DNA from: a virus
Taxonomy: Duplodnaviria > Heunggongvirae > Uroviricota > Caudoviricetes
Length of the DNA: 64,000 nucleotides
Strand: one strand, 5' to 3'
Virus record (IMG/VR): IMGVR_UViG_3300033153_006784
Coordinates: 10,375 to 74,374 of that record
Shown: in pieces, positions 35,661 through 45,602 of the stretch
How positions within the stretch are numbered: the stretch's first letter is position 1
How the letters are laid out: the number at the start of each line of letters is the position of its first letter
The notes under the pieces: generated by a model
Told to the model about the DNA's origin: nothing
What the model saw: the letters and a program-made list of their open reading frames with translations, nothing else
Database searches by the model: none
Translations under genes and position numbers: made by a program

Positions 35661-36677
35661 ATGACTTTAAAAGATAATACTTCTGGTATTCTTTTGGATC
35701 AAAGTTCTGTAAGGACTATTGAAATTGATCTTCCGCTTTTAAATAGACAAAGAACTTACACATATATGAACAATGAAACCGTCATAAACGATATTTATGG
35801 CGAAACTATGTTCTTTGGCGACTGGCACCTTGGAAGCTCTGGATTTTCTAACAACTCTTTCAATGCCCACCTAACTTTGTTAAAACAGAACCCTCACATG
35901 AGAACTTTATTAACGGGAGACTACTTTGAATTTTCAGGAAAGACAAATTATATATCTGATGAAATCTTAGATATTGATGATCAGATTGACTTGTTTGTTA
36001 AGACTTTGAAACTTTTGAAACATCAAGTTATTGGAATTTTAGCTGGTAATCACGATAATCGTATTACAAAATATACTGGAATTAAAAAATACCTAAGACA
36101 TTATGCTAAAGAAGCAGGAATCGATGTCGATAAAATATATATTGGAGATCCGCAAAGAGGAATAAATATATTTTTCAGTGCTGGAGACTTTGTTTATTCC
36201 GCATACGGCATACATGGAAGTACAAGTGCTTGGAGAAATAAAAACACACAGCTAAAAAGAATGGCTGTTGGTAGAAGACATACATTGTTATTCATGGGAC
36301 ATGTTCATCAAATCTTGTGGGAACCTGTATTGTATCTAGAACCTACAAACAAAGGTGAAGTAGAAGCACGATTACAATACTGGTTAGCAACTGGTGGATT
36401 CTTAAAAGATGCTTCATACGCAGAAGCAAAAAGCTATCCTCCTAGTTTAGTCGGTGCTCCTATTGTTAGATTCTTCGCTAATAAAAATGAACTTGACATG
36501 TGGACAATGCCATACAGAAGCCACTACATACAAGGCGGAACTACTCCTCTTACGGGAATAGAAGGAAGTAACTTTATCGCTCGAAAAGATGAACGGAAGC
36601 GAAAACAGTTTCCAGTTTTGAATACTTTGAGCGAAAAATATACACCAAAATCTAAAACATCGGTCTTACCTCCATAG
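35661..36677 (+). CDS. Calcineurin-like metallophosphoesterase (Mre11/SbcD-like)
   Basis: Phosphoesterase motifs GDWHLG, GDYFE, GNHDNR and GHVHQ in order. Confidence 0.65.
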   Translation: MTLKDNTSGILLDQSSVRTIEIDLPLLNRQRTYTYMNNETVINDIYGETMFFGDWHLGSSGFSNNSFNAHLTLLKQNPHMRTLLTGDYFEFSGKTNYISDEILDIDDQIDLFVKTLKLLKHQVIGILAGNHDNRITKYTGIKKYLRHYAKEAGIDVDKIYIGDPQRGINIFFSAGDFVYSAYGIHGSTSAWRNKNTQLKRMAVGRRHTLLFMGHVHQILWEPVLYLEPTNKGEVEARLQYWLATGGFLKDASYAEAKSYPPSLVGAPIVRFFANKNELDMWTMPYRSHYIQGGTTPLTGIEGSNFIARKDERKRKQFPVLNTLSEKYTPKSKTSVLPP

Positions 36678-36678
36678 A

Positions 36679-36692
36679 AACCTTTTTATATA
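36679..36692 (+). promoter_or_regulatory. BRE/TATA-like promoter AACCTTTTTATATA (followed by a second cttttttataat box)
   Basis: Upstream of the ATG at 36721. Confidence 0.45.
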
Positions 36693-36720
36693 CCTTTTTT
36701 ATAATATCTATTGAATTAAC

Positions 36721-37284
36721 ATGAACAAATATAATGTTAAAGCCAAAGGTGTAACTGATCTTTTACCTCACAAATATATTGGGATTAGTCAAGCTAAAGA
36801 AGCTAACCAGTTGACAGATGATAAAGAGCGAGCAGAACGATTCACTTACAGAGATAAAAATGGTATGTTATGCATTCCCGTTGAATGTATAAGAGCAACA
36901 ATTATCAATGGATTTGTTGGAACTGCTGGGCCCAAGCAAAAAACTAAAACAAAGATGCACGTATCACCACGCATTAGAGTACAGTCTCTATCAGATTATG
37001 ATCTTACCAATGTTCCTCTGATGCTTAATGGAGAACATATAACATCTTATGAAATAGATAGAAGAAGTTATTCTGCTGGAGGCAGAAGCGGTGGAATCAG
37101 AGATTTCTGTGTCAGAGCAAAAATTCCAGAGTGGGAAATAGAATTCCAACTAATATCCACAGTTGACATTTCAAAGAAAGATTTGAAATATAAACTAGAT
37201 TTTGCTGGTTCAGATGTTGGCGTACTAAGTAATAGAGTAAATGGCTATGGTCGTTTCGAAATTACAAATCTTCAAAAAATCTAA
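36721..37284 (+). CDS. Hypothetical protein
   Basis: ORF only. Immediately upstream of the AGTNN array. Confidence 0.3.
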   Translation: MNKYNVKAKGVTDLLPHKYIGISQAKEANQLTDDKERAERFTYRDKNGMLCIPVECIRATIINGFVGTAGPKQKTKTKMHVSPRIRVQSLSDYDLTNVPLMLNGEHITSYEIDRRSYSAGGRSGGIRDFCVRAKIPEWEIEFQLISTVDISKKDLKYKLDFAGSDVGVLSNRVNGYGRFEITNLQKI

Positions 37285-37297
37285 TTTTTTGATACAA

Positions 37298-37975
37298 TAA
37301 AGTAGAGTTTAGTGAAGTCTAGTGTAGTGTAGTGCAGCCAAGTAGAGTGTAGTGCAGCTAAGTCTAGCAAAGTACAGTAAAGTGTAGTGCAGTATAGTCG
37401 AGTTTAGTGAAGTAGAGTGCAGTTAAGTCAAGTAAAGTACAGTAAAGTAGAGTGCAGTGAAGTTGAGTCGAGTGAAGTGGAGCATAGTGAAGTAAAGTAA
37501 AGTTGAGTGCAGTATAGTGGAGTTCAGTAGAGTGAAGTAAAGTACAGTCTAGTAAAGTTTAGTTCAGTAAAGCGAAGTTAAGTGGAGTGAAGCAGAGTAA
37601 AGTCAAGTAGAGTACAGTAAAGTACAGTCAAGTACAGTGAAGTAAAGTTCAGCGTAGTCTAGTGGAGTGAAGTTGAATTTAGCATTAGTTCAGTTGAGCT
37701 AAGTTAAGTGTAGTCGAGTAGAGTAAAGTTGAGTGAATTAAAGTACAGTACAGTAAAGTGAAGTGAAGTCAAGTAAAGTCAAGTAAAGTAAAGTGTAGTG
37801 GAGTATAGTGAAGTATAGTAAAGTCTAGCGAAGTTGAGTCGAGTGAAGTTTAATAGAGTTAAGTACAGTGGAGTATAGTTCAGTTAAGTGGAGTATAGTT
37901 TAGCGAAGTAAAGTGTAGTCAAGTACAGTAAAGTGAAGTAGAGTCCAGTATAGTGAAGTAAAGTGTAGTATAGGA
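37298..37975. repeat. Pentanucleotide array (AGTNN)n of about 136 units with an invariant AGT and a degenerate dinucleotide
   Basis: Strict 5-nt periodicity over about 680 nt. AGT (rarely AGC) is fixed and positions 4-5 use all 16 dinucleotides. There is one single-base phase slip near 37683. Stop codons in all frames. Lies between 36721-37284 and terL. Confidence 0.9.
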
Positions 37976-38012
37976 ATCCTTTTATACTACCTTTTATTTA
38001 TATATAACACTA

Positions 38013-39497
38013 ATGAGTTTAACCTCCGATGATCTAGCACCTGACCAGATGGAAGAGTTGCTAAGACTACAAACAGATCCACCGTATCTGTACGACAAAT
38101 TTTTCGCAACAGAAGATGAACCTTTTCCTTTTGTATATCAAACAGAAGTTTTAAGAGACGTTGCTAGTAAAAAATTTACCGAGTTAGTTATCCTGAAAGG
38201 CAGACAAATTGGTATGTCTTGGACTATGGGAATTCTTGCATGTTGGTATGGTATTATGAACCCAAACAAGACAATTTTAGTAGTAGCGTTCAACTTAGAC
38301 CAAGGACAGATTATATTAAATTATTGTAAACAGTTTTTATCACGGCTCAAAGTTTTAGGTGTCCACAGTTTATTCGTAGATGGTGCTAGTGCAAGAGAGA
38401 TTAGATTTACAAACGGTAGCAAAATCAAATGTTTCGGATGTACAGTCCCGGACGCTTATAATGTTCGTGGGCAGAAAGCAGACTTACTTTTAGTAGACGA
38501 AGCCGCATTTATCTATGATAGAATGTTCCCATCAATCACACCAACGACAGCAAACACAGGTGGAATTACAGTATTCTTATCTACTGCGGGTTCAGTTGGT
38601 TCATATTTCTACAGAAAATGGAGTGAAGGTAACAGAGCAAACGAATGGAGAAGAAAGTTAAAGAAAGGTTTTGAAATAGAAATAGATGAAAAAGACATAC
38701 CTAGTATCAAATCTTATACTATACCTTCAATTGAATGTAAGAGATTAACTCCGAAAAAATTAGAAGCTGAAAGGCGTGGTCTAGGCGAGATGAAATTCAA
38801 AAGAGAATACGAATGTATGTGGGCAGGTACAGCAGACCAAGTATTCATGAGAATCCCAACATACACCATGACAAAATCTATTACAAAATCAAATAGAATG
38901 TGCTTCGGAGGCATAGATGTAGGTAAAGTAAATGATCCTACAGTTCTTATGATCATTGAAGTATATATGGCTGAGATGAAAATAATACAAGAAGGCGTTA
39001 GAATGAGTGTTCAAGTACCATATAGAGTCATACATGGGAAATCGTGGGAACGTGCAACTCAGAAGGAAATTGCCGTAGATATTGCTACAAATATACATCC
39101 TCGTTTTCCGTGTAGATTGTACTCAATTGACGCTACGGGAGGATATGGAGAAGAATTACTAGGTACTTTGATAAACTTCGAGTTAAATTGTCGTGGACTT
39201 AAAGTTAAAACTAAAATGAAGAATGAAATGATGTTAGGAAGCCGAGCAATTAAAGGATTGTCAGATGCTTTCCAAGAAGAATTGCTTTGGGTCAACAATG
39301 ACGTTAATGACATCGTATCAACAGAACTTCTCTTTGAATTAAATGCTTATGTTGGAAAGCTCCGGGCTACTGGTCTTTATGTATTTGACTCAGTTATTGA
39401 CCGTGATCACATGGTCGATGCCCTTGCTCATGCATGGTCAGCACTCCAAGCTGGAGCATTTGATCCCTATTTATCAATAAAAAAGAGCAAATTTTAG
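38013..39497 (+). CDS. terL: Terminase large subunit
   Basis: Lambda-gpA-like deviant Walker A KGRQIGMSWT, Walker B LLLVDEAAFI and a C-terminal RNaseH-like nuclease block GGIDVGKVNDPTVLMIIE. Confidence 0.8.
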   Translation: MSLTSDDLAPDQMEELLRLQTDPPYLYDKFFATEDEPFPFVYQTEVLRDVASKKFTELVILKGRQIGMSWTMGILACWYGIMNPNKTILVVAFNLDQGQIILNYCKQFLSRLKVLGVHSLFVDGASAREIRFTNGSKIKCFGCTVPDAYNVRGQKADLLLVDEAAFIYDRMFPSITPTTANTGGITVFLSTAGSVGSYFYRKWSEGNRANEWRRKLKKGFEIEIDEKDIPSIKSYTIPSIECKRLTPKKLEAERRGLGEMKFKREYECMWAGTADQVFMRIPTYTMTKSITKSNRMCFGGIDVGKVNDPTVLMIIEVYMAEMKIIQEGVRMSVQVPYRVIHGKSWERATQKEIAVDIATNIHPRFPCRLYSIDATGGYGEELLGTLINFELNCRGLKVKTKMKNEMMLGSRAIKGLSDAFQEELLWVNNDVNDIVSTELLFELNAYVGKLRATGLYVFDSVIDRDHMVDALAHAWSALQAGAFDPYLSIKKSKF

Positions 39498-39550
39498 GTA
39501 GTTTTGGGTAAAGCAAAGTTTAAATATAGGTATCACGTTGATCATTAGTA

Positions 39551-41374
39551 ATGTCCGAAGAAGATATTGTTACATTTTCAAAAGATGCTTGTCTAGGACG
39601 ACTAAATGATGAAGAAGTCGGAGACACAATTTATTTTTTGAGAATTGAGAGAATAGGAGATAGAAAATTAAGATCAAATATCCAAACCGAGAGTGGAAAA
39701 GATGATTGGAATTTAATCGGTGGATATGTACACACAAAAATTGAAGATTTATTAACAAAATTAACCAAGAAAAATAGTCCAATAGCTGAAGAAATATGTG
39801 ATCAATTTTTCATGGCAGATGGATTAGACGCTAGTATGAAACAACGAATAAGATTAATTGCAGGTAAAGTTCAACAAGAGTGGATGAACAAACCATTTTT
39901 TACTGACGATACAGGCGGAGTAATGGAACCGTTAATCAATGAAGAAGATTTTAATAGACACAAGTTACGTGCAATGGAAGATGCTGAAAAGATTTTATCA
40001 TCGCCAGATCCATCAAAAGGAGTTTTAGAACACCTTCATAATCTTATTGCCGGAGAAGATAACAATAAAATGTTAGTTTTTACTCTTGCCATTACTGGTA
40101 AGGTTAGAAATAAGAAAAAGAAAGCAGTTATTTGTGCTTTACATGAAGCTGGTGCAGGAAAAACATGGACTTTGAAAAATATTGCATCGTTATACAACAC
40201 CCACGAAGCTTCACACTTAACTAAGAAAGCCTTAAATTATATGGCTGAACAGTTGAGAGGAGTAGTTGATGAGAATGGTAATCAAGTACCGCCAGATGAA
40301 GTAAAACCAAAGGAAATCTTATATCTACAAGAATTAGGATTGATGGATCAAGAAGCTGGTGGTACAGGAAACGCAAGTATTAAAGGATTATCTACCGATG
40401 ATGGTGGACTTATTACTACATATACTATCAGAGACGATAACGGAAGATTCAGAACAGTTACAGTTAGAACAGATCCAATTACAGTTCTCACAAGTTCAAC
40501 AAGAACAATGGCTCAGATAGATCCACAGTTTGTTAGAAGATATTGGGTATATTCTCCTGACGCTTCTTATGCACAGACTATCAGAATCAAAAAATTCCAA
40601 GTTAGAAACAACATACAAGAAGACGATGTGATGCTAAATATCAGAGAATATACTGATTTAGACTATTCAAGATGGGTTCTTAAATGTGTTGTTGATGGGT
40701 TAGAAGAGAAATATATTGTAGTACCATTCCACGCTAGTATTTATGACATCATGGATCTACAACAAATTCGAGTACGTGGTGACTTTGCTAAGATTAAAAT
40801 TCTACTAGAGATGTATGGTACATTGAATTTTAGAAACTTACCATTTAAACAGTTTGATGATAAAATTGTATATTTCTTAACACCTGAAAAGGCATTGGAT
40901 ATATTGCTAATTGCGAGACAATCTTTGATATTCATGGCAAGAGATACTGAACAGAGAACATTTGACTTTATAGATATATTGTTACAGATGGGATATGAAA
41001 AACCAGATGATATCGGTATGAATATAATAGACTTGGATGCACAACAAAAAATAATGAAGAGAATGAAGAAGAGTCGAAAATCATTATTGAGATACTTTAA
41101 AGATTTGGTTGAGATAGGATTTGCAAAGGCTGAAACCACTGGTACGTCTACCTCATATACATTATTAATGAATCCATTAGAAATGTATGAATCTCTTTCT
41201 GCATATAAAAACTTAGATAGTTATGATGAAATTGAAAAGATATACAAGAATATGATTGAAGAAGCTAACCTTTCATTTGAAAGGCGTGGATATGATATCA
41301 GATATCACGTAGATTATTCTTATCTAGCAAAGTATGCTGGATTAGGAGTAGCAGCAAAACTTTTAAACTCTTAA
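39551..41374 (+). CDS. P-loop NTPase (possible replicative/SF3-type helicase partner of the primase)
   Basis: Walker-A-like LHEAGAGKTW in a 607-aa protein. No further motifs assigned. Confidence 0.35.
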   Translation: MSEEDIVTFSKDACLGRLNDEEVGDTIYFLRIERIGDRKLRSNIQTESGKDDWNLIGGYVHTKIEDLLTKLTKKNSPIAEEICDQFFMADGLDASMKQRIRLIAGKVQQEWMNKPFFTDDTGGVMEPLINEEDFNRHKLRAMEDAEKILSSPDPSKGVLEHLHNLIAGEDNNKMLVFTLAITGKVRNKKKKAVICALHEAGAGKTWTLKNIASLYNTHEASHLTKKALNYMAEQLRGVVDENGNQVPPDEVKPKEILYLQELGLMDQEAGGTGNASIKGLSTDDGGLITTYTIRDDNGRFRTVTVRTDPITVLTSSTRTMAQIDPQFVRRYWVYSPDASYAQTIRIKKFQVRNNIQEDDVMLNIREYTDLDYSRWVLKCVVDGLEEKYIVVPFHASIYDIMDLQQIRVRGDFAKIKILLEMYGTLNFRNLPFKQFDDKIVYFLTPEKALDILLIARQSLIFMARDTEQRTFDFIDILLQMGYEKPDDIGMNIIDLDAQQKIMKRMKKSRKSLLRYFKDLVEIGFAKAETTGTSTSYTLLMNPLEMYESLSAYKNLDSYDEIEKIYKNMIEEANLSFERRGYDIRYHVDYSYLAKYAGLGVAAKLLNS

Positions 41375-41383
41375 ATTATTTTA

Positions 41384-41481
41384 ATCCATCCGTGAGGGTA
41401 TTTGTCCACGTACATGTCCCATTTGGGACATTTTATTCTATTTAGAACACTTTAATAGACAAACTAGGGTACGGATGGATG
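41384..41481. repeat. About 100-nt inverted-repeat-bounded element (copy 2 of 2)
   Basis: aatccatccgtgagggtatttgtccacgtacatgtcccatttgggacattttattctattt...tagggtacggatggatg. About 80% identity to 8158-8256. Internal hairpin atgtccc-attt-gggacat. Confidence 0.6.
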
Positions 41482-41528
41482 ATTATTTAGAAAGATTTAA
41501 ATATTAGTAATACTAACTATTATTACTA

Positions 41529-41825
41529 ATGCCTTTAAGGGAACCTAGGTTAGAAGAAGATAGACAACGAATCAATGTATTGTTGGGTTGGTCTGGAGTT
41601 ACAATTGGCTCGATATGTAAGTTTATAAGAAACGTTGCAGAGGCTTCTTCTGTTAAAATAAATCAAAAATTTGTATATAATAGAGGTCATGTACAACTAG
41701 AAGACACTGATCGCAGACCTAGAGACTGTTTTATAATCAGTATATGGAGTCATTCTATTGATTCTAAAGACTCTGAGTGTCTATTTCAACAACCAGTCCC
41801 TATAAAATTAAGATTTACCGACTAA
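41529..41825 (+). CDS. Hypothetical protein
   Basis: ORF only. Confidence 0.3.
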   Translation: MPLREPRLEEDRQRINVLLGWSGVTIGSICKFIRNVAEASSVKINQKFVYNRGHVQLEDTDRRPRDCFIISIWSHSIDSKDSECLFQQPVPIKLRFTD

Positions 41826-41829
41826 CCAA

Positions 41830-41842
41830 AACCTTTTTATAG
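41830..41842 (+). promoter_or_regulatory. BRE/TATA-like promoter AACCTTTTTATAG
   Basis: About 21 nt upstream of the ATG at 41864. Confidence 0.4.
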
Positions 41843-41863
41843 TCGGAAATTATAAGATTTCAC

Positions 41864-42964
41864 ATGTCGTACTCTCTGTGTGAACCAGATATTTCCACAT
41901 TTTTAAATCAATGGTTCGGAAATGGTGAATTCCAATTCGGATTAAAGAGAGGAGTTAGATGTCAAAACGTAGATGAAATAAAAAGATTCATGTACAGGTC
42001 TAGGTTAAGTGGTGAGCCAGCATTTCATTCAGTTCAGCCACGTTTAAGAATTGAAAAAGTTTTCTGGGAATTTGATACAAAACTTGAAGCAAAAAAGTTT
42101 ACATACGATTCACCATTGTTAGATAGTGTTTGGGATCAGGCACATAAACTTGCTACAAAAATAACACAGTTAGGTGCAAAACCTTTACTTGTATATTCAG
42201 GTAATAGAGGATTTCACGTTTGGGTATTTATGCAATCAGAGAAAGTATTTGCGTATGAAGAGAAAGATTTTTACAAGAAAGGTACAACAGAAATCGATTA
42301 CATTAAAAAAGTTTTGATAGGATCTGCATACAAAGGTGTGCTTATGGCTGTCTTGGGTAATTTAAAAGATTATCCCAACTTTGATAGGATGCCTACAAAC
42401 ATTAATTCAATGGCGAGGATACCTTTTTCATGGCATCAAAAATCAGACAATCAATGTGTTCCGTTGACGATGGATAGAAAACCATACATACCAAATCTAG
42501 TAGATATTATATCTAAACCATTACCCAAGTCTTTAGTAGATTCATGGATAATTAGTTTAGAAGGCATTGAAGACACCGATGATTACAAGAGATTTAGAGA
42601 TAGAAAATTAAAATCATTGGAAATAAAGGATTGGAATATCAGAGAATCTATTAAATCAGCCCTTTCAAAAAATGCAACTCATTATGTCAGATTAGCGTTC
42701 CTATTAGATGCTATTTATGCCGGATGGTCTGATGAACAAATACATGATGCAATGAAAAGCGTCTCTGATAAATATGATCCACAACTCACACAATATCAAA
42801 TATCACATACTCGAACACAAGTAGAATTAACAGGAGTCTTACCTATATCCTCACGAAAATTGATAGAGTGGGGTATTAAAAAAGAAAATGTGTTTCTTAA
42901 AAAGAAAACACTTGATATATCACGGGTATTAAAAAGTAGTACAGTGAAAAATGCGGTGGAATAA
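41864..42964 (+). CDS. Archaeo-eukaryotic primase (AEP) / primase-polymerase domain protein
   Basis: Motif I VFWEFDTK (the hhhDhD type) and motif II LLVYSGNRGFHVWVF (the sG.rG.HhW signature). Confidence 0.75.
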   Translation: MSYSLCEPDISTFLNQWFGNGEFQFGLKRGVRCQNVDEIKRFMYRSRLSGEPAFHSVQPRLRIEKVFWEFDTKLEAKKFTYDSPLLDSVWDQAHKLATKITQLGAKPLLVYSGNRGFHVWVFMQSEKVFAYEEKDFYKKGTTEIDYIKKVLIGSAYKGVLMAVLGNLKDYPNFDRMPTNINSMARIPFSWHQKSDNQCVPLTMDRKPYIPNLVDIISKPLPKSLVDSWIISLEGIEDTDDYKRFRDRKLKSLEIKDWNIRESIKSALSKNATHYVRLAFLLDAIYAGWSDEQIHDAMKSVSDKYDPQLTQYQISHTRTQVELTGVLPISSRKLIEWGIKKENVFLKKKTLDISRVLKSSTVKNAVE

Positions 42965-43438
42965 ATGAATCTAAGACTGTTAGATGTAATTATAGATGAA
43001 AGAGCCAGAGACGGTACATGGTGTAGATTACCATATTATAATCATCCAAATGGATGTCCTAATCTTGACAAGAGAGACACATGCCCGACTAAGGCTCCAA
43101 AATTCGAGGATATATTAGATCCTCCATATTATGCTGTTGTTGAAACATTCGATTTGTTACATCATGCAAGACTTATGAAATCTAATCATGCTCATTGGTC
43201 TGATAAGCAATGTAGAAATGTTTTATATTGGCAAGGTCGAGTTAGAAAGAACCTGAGAAATAAATCACAGAATATGAAGTGTTTCTTAGAGGAATCCTTC
43301 GGAGTTGAATTTTTAATTTTAGAAATACCTGAAGCAAATGGTGTAAATATGTTTGCGACGATGGCAAAAACAGGATTGATGTTAAAGTCTAACCCAGATA
43401 CGGTTCATAAAATAATGATAGTAGGTAAAAAGAAATGA
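42965..43438 (+). CDS. Hypothetical protein
   Basis: ORF only. Confidence 0.3.
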   Translation: MNLRLLDVIIDERARDGTWCRLPYYNHPNGCPNLDKRDTCPTKAPKFEDILDPPYYAVVETFDLLHHARLMKSNHAHWSDKQCRNVLYWQGRVRKNLRNKSQNMKCFLEESFGVEFLILEIPEANGVNMFATMAKTGLMLKSNPDTVHKIMIVGKKK

Positions 43439-43773
43439 ATATAAAAGAATTAATAGAGTGGTCAGACAAAGTAACAGATGCTTTCCAAAATATAGGAGAT
43501 ATTAGATACACTTTTGAAGATGTTATGAGACATCATGGAGACGAACTGCGAGAGTTTGCCGATGAACGATATATATATTCAGTAATGACTAATGCGAACA
43601 TACCTAATGATGCTAATAAGAAAAAATTAATTGATGAATTTTGGGATTGTATGTTTACCGTCTTAATGTATTTATCGATAGATGAAGCTAAAAGTATAAC
43701 TCATGAAGAATGGTTGGAAGGTTTCAAGAGAACAGTGATAAAAGTTAATGGGAGAGCGATGACGAATGGATAG
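43435..43773 (+). CDS. Possible MazG-like nucleotide pyrophosphohydrolase
   Basis: Small all-alpha-type protein with acidic pairs (DELREFADER, DEFWD). Weak. Confidence 0.3.
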   Translation: MNIKELIEWSDKVTDAFQNIGDIRYTFEDVMRHHGDELREFADERYIYSVMTNANIPNDANKKKLIDEFWDCMFTVLMYLSIDEAKSITHEEWLEGFKRTVIKVNGRAMTNG

Positions 43774-43990
43774 AACAAATTTAAGAAAAGGATTGTATAG
43801 AACATTTGATGAAATCTTGGTAGATTTAGGAGCAGATGGGTATCAAGAACCAACCATAACAATACAGGCTATTAAAGATAAATCAATGCACATACTTGTC
43901 AGGACAAGACAAGTTATAGGTGGCGATGGTGATTGGGAAGTTCACTTAATCGTTGAAAACGGAAATTTTCCTAATAAAAAGCGGGCGTAG
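43766..43990 (+). CDS. Hypothetical small protein
   Basis: ORF only. Confidence 0.25.
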   Translation: MDRTNLRKGLYRTFDEILVDLGADGYQEPTITIQAIKDKSMHILVRTRQVIGGDGDWEVHLIVENGNFPNKKRA

Positions 43991-44056
43991 CAGGGAATCG
44001 AACCCTATCCTTGAGGATCACAACCTCCTATGCACCACTTTCGTGCCAGTTACACC
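43983..44056 (-). tRNA. tRNA-His (GTG), minus strand
   Basis: Minus-strand reading: acceptor ggtgtaa/ctacgcc (6 of 7 paired), anticodon arm (g)gagg-ttGTGat-cctc(a), T-arm taggg-ttcgatt-ccctg, discriminator C. A TATA-like tatataaatc lies about 20 nt upstream and a T-run downstream. The D region is irregular. Confidence 0.45.
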
Positions 44057-44100
44057 TCTAGCCCAAAGATTTATATACGTGCTAATATATAAGAGTTACG

Positions 44101-45420
44101 ATGATACTTTACTCAATCCGACGACATGTTAGTAAACATGTGTGGGATCGTAGCGGTAAAATCATGGGAAGAGTCTATGATTATAGGATATCTAAAAGAA
44201 GATTGTCCGGATTAATTATGAATTCTGAACGAGATGCGTTTTACAGTCCTTGGATATCTTATGACGGTACATTTTATTGTGACTGTCAAGGGTATGAAGG
44301 TTCCGACAATATATGTAGCCATATTTTAGCATTGTTAAAAAAGGCTGATTTTGAAGGAGACGATGTAAGCCCGTTTGTAAATGGGTTGAATAAAGTTCCT
44401 AATGAGGTAGAAGATATGAAATATGAAACACAGTTAAAATGTTACGATGATTTGTTTGGCGGTTTACGTACAGGACAAATTTCTGGTGTAGTATCAGCAC
44501 CAGAGGTAGGAAAAAGTCTGCTCATTGCTACGTTAGCGGTAGACATGATGAAGAATCATGGAAAGAACGCATTAGTCATTGATACAGAAGGTGGATTCAC
44601 AGCAGAGTGGTTAGAAGGTATTGCTGAAAGATATGGATTAGAAGAATTTGATGTTGTCAACATAAAGTGGAGAGTTAAAGTTGAAAGACGAGGAGGTACT
44701 GCGGAACAATTAGTACCTATGACTAATGAACCAAAATACCTGAAAAAAGAAGACGGTACAAGAGGAAAAATGACTAGAAAATCTACATTTGATTACAAAA
44801 AGTTTAAACTTCCAAAAGAAACAGATAAACCTACGGTGTATATTTACAATGCAAGACATGCAGTTCAAATATATCCGTTTTTTGGTAGACCACAAATGAT
44901 GAGGATCAAAGGCGGAGTAATTGAGCCTACAGAATATGGTGCAATGACATCTATCTGGGATAGTCCTGTTGGTATGCTTGTAGATAAGAGAAATATAGGA
45001 TTTGTTGCACTAGACTCAATCTCTACTCCAATGGAAAGTCTGTTCACAGGTGGACAGATTAACTTCCGTACAAGAGGAAAAGCACAATCAGTTCTATTTG
45101 GAAGAGCACAAGATTTGGTAGATGAATATCCTGTTGTATTTATGACAACTGTACATGCAACAATTAATCACGCTAATGAATATGCTAAACCACAACATAC
45201 TGGTGGAAAATCTATTTTACACAACGTAAAATGGGTAGCTTATCTAGAAAAATATGAAGGTAAAGCTGTAGCAAAAGCAGCCGGATTAAACTTTAGAAAT
45301 CTCCGGGCAATGTACGTTTACAGACATCCAATGAAAACTCCTTGGGAAGATAAAACATATTGTCAAACCACTGGTCAAGGTATTCAAGATTTTGATAGGA
45401 GTGCATACGTAAATGACTGA
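44101..45420 (+). CDS. RecA/RadA-fold ATPase with N-terminal SWIM zinc finger
   Basis: SWIM CxCxnCxH YCDCQGYEGSDNICSHILAL. RecA-like Walker A GQISGVVSAPEVGKSLL and LVIDTEGG. Confidence 0.55.
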   Translation: MILYSIRRHVSKHVWDRSGKIMGRVYDYRISKRRLSGLIMNSERDAFYSPWISYDGTFYCDCQGYEGSDNICSHILALLKKADFEGDDVSPFVNGLNKVPNEVEDMKYETQLKCYDDLFGGLRTGQISGVVSAPEVGKSLLIATLAVDMMKNHGKNALVIDTEGGFTAEWLEGIAERYGLEEFDVVNIKWRVKVERRGGTAEQLVPMTNEPKYLKKEDGTRGKMTRKSTFDYKKFKLPKETDKPTVYIYNARHAVQIYPFFGRPQMMRIKGGVIEPTEYGAMTSIWDSPVGMLVDKRNIGFVALDSISTPMESLFTGGQINFRTRGKAQSVLFGRAQDLVDEYPVVFMTTVHATINHANEYAKPQHTGGKSILHNVKWVAYLEKYEGKAVAKAAGLNFRNLRAMYVYRHPMKTPWEDKTYCQTTGQGIQDFDRSAYVND

Positions 45421-45578
45421 ATTTGAACAGTGTCCTAGTTGCGGTTCTGATACAGATCAAGGTATATTTACTTGCGAAGATTGTGGATGTTCTCTATGTG
45501 AAAGCTGTGAGACTGAACCTTATCTTTGCGAGGGATGTGTTGACGCAAGATCCGATAAAGAAGATCCAAACATTTAAA
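45414..45578 (+). CDS. Cys-rich zinc-ribbon mini-protein (54 aa)
   Basis: MTEFEQCPSCGSDTDQGIFTCEDCGCSLCESCETEPYLCEGCVD. This alternative frame is preferred over the ORF-track 45423-45644 frame, which runs into tRNA-Ser. Confidence 0.4.
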
Positions 45579-45602
45579 TACTCCTTTTTTTATATATGTT
45601 TT

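Noticed and set aside
37298-37975. Considered whether the AGTNN array could be a CRISPR array or a coding low-complexity region
   Set aside because: The 5-nt unit is far too short for repeat-spacer architecture. There are no constant repeats separating unique spacers and there are stop codons in every frame. It is reported as a novel tandem repeat instead.
43983-44056. Alternative reading of this region as a plus-strand tRNA (aggg-aatcgaa-ccct as a D-arm)
   Set aside because: The canonical T-loop GGTTCGATTCC and a GTG anticodon hairpin are only present when read on the minus strand. The + strand lacks an anticodon or T arm.
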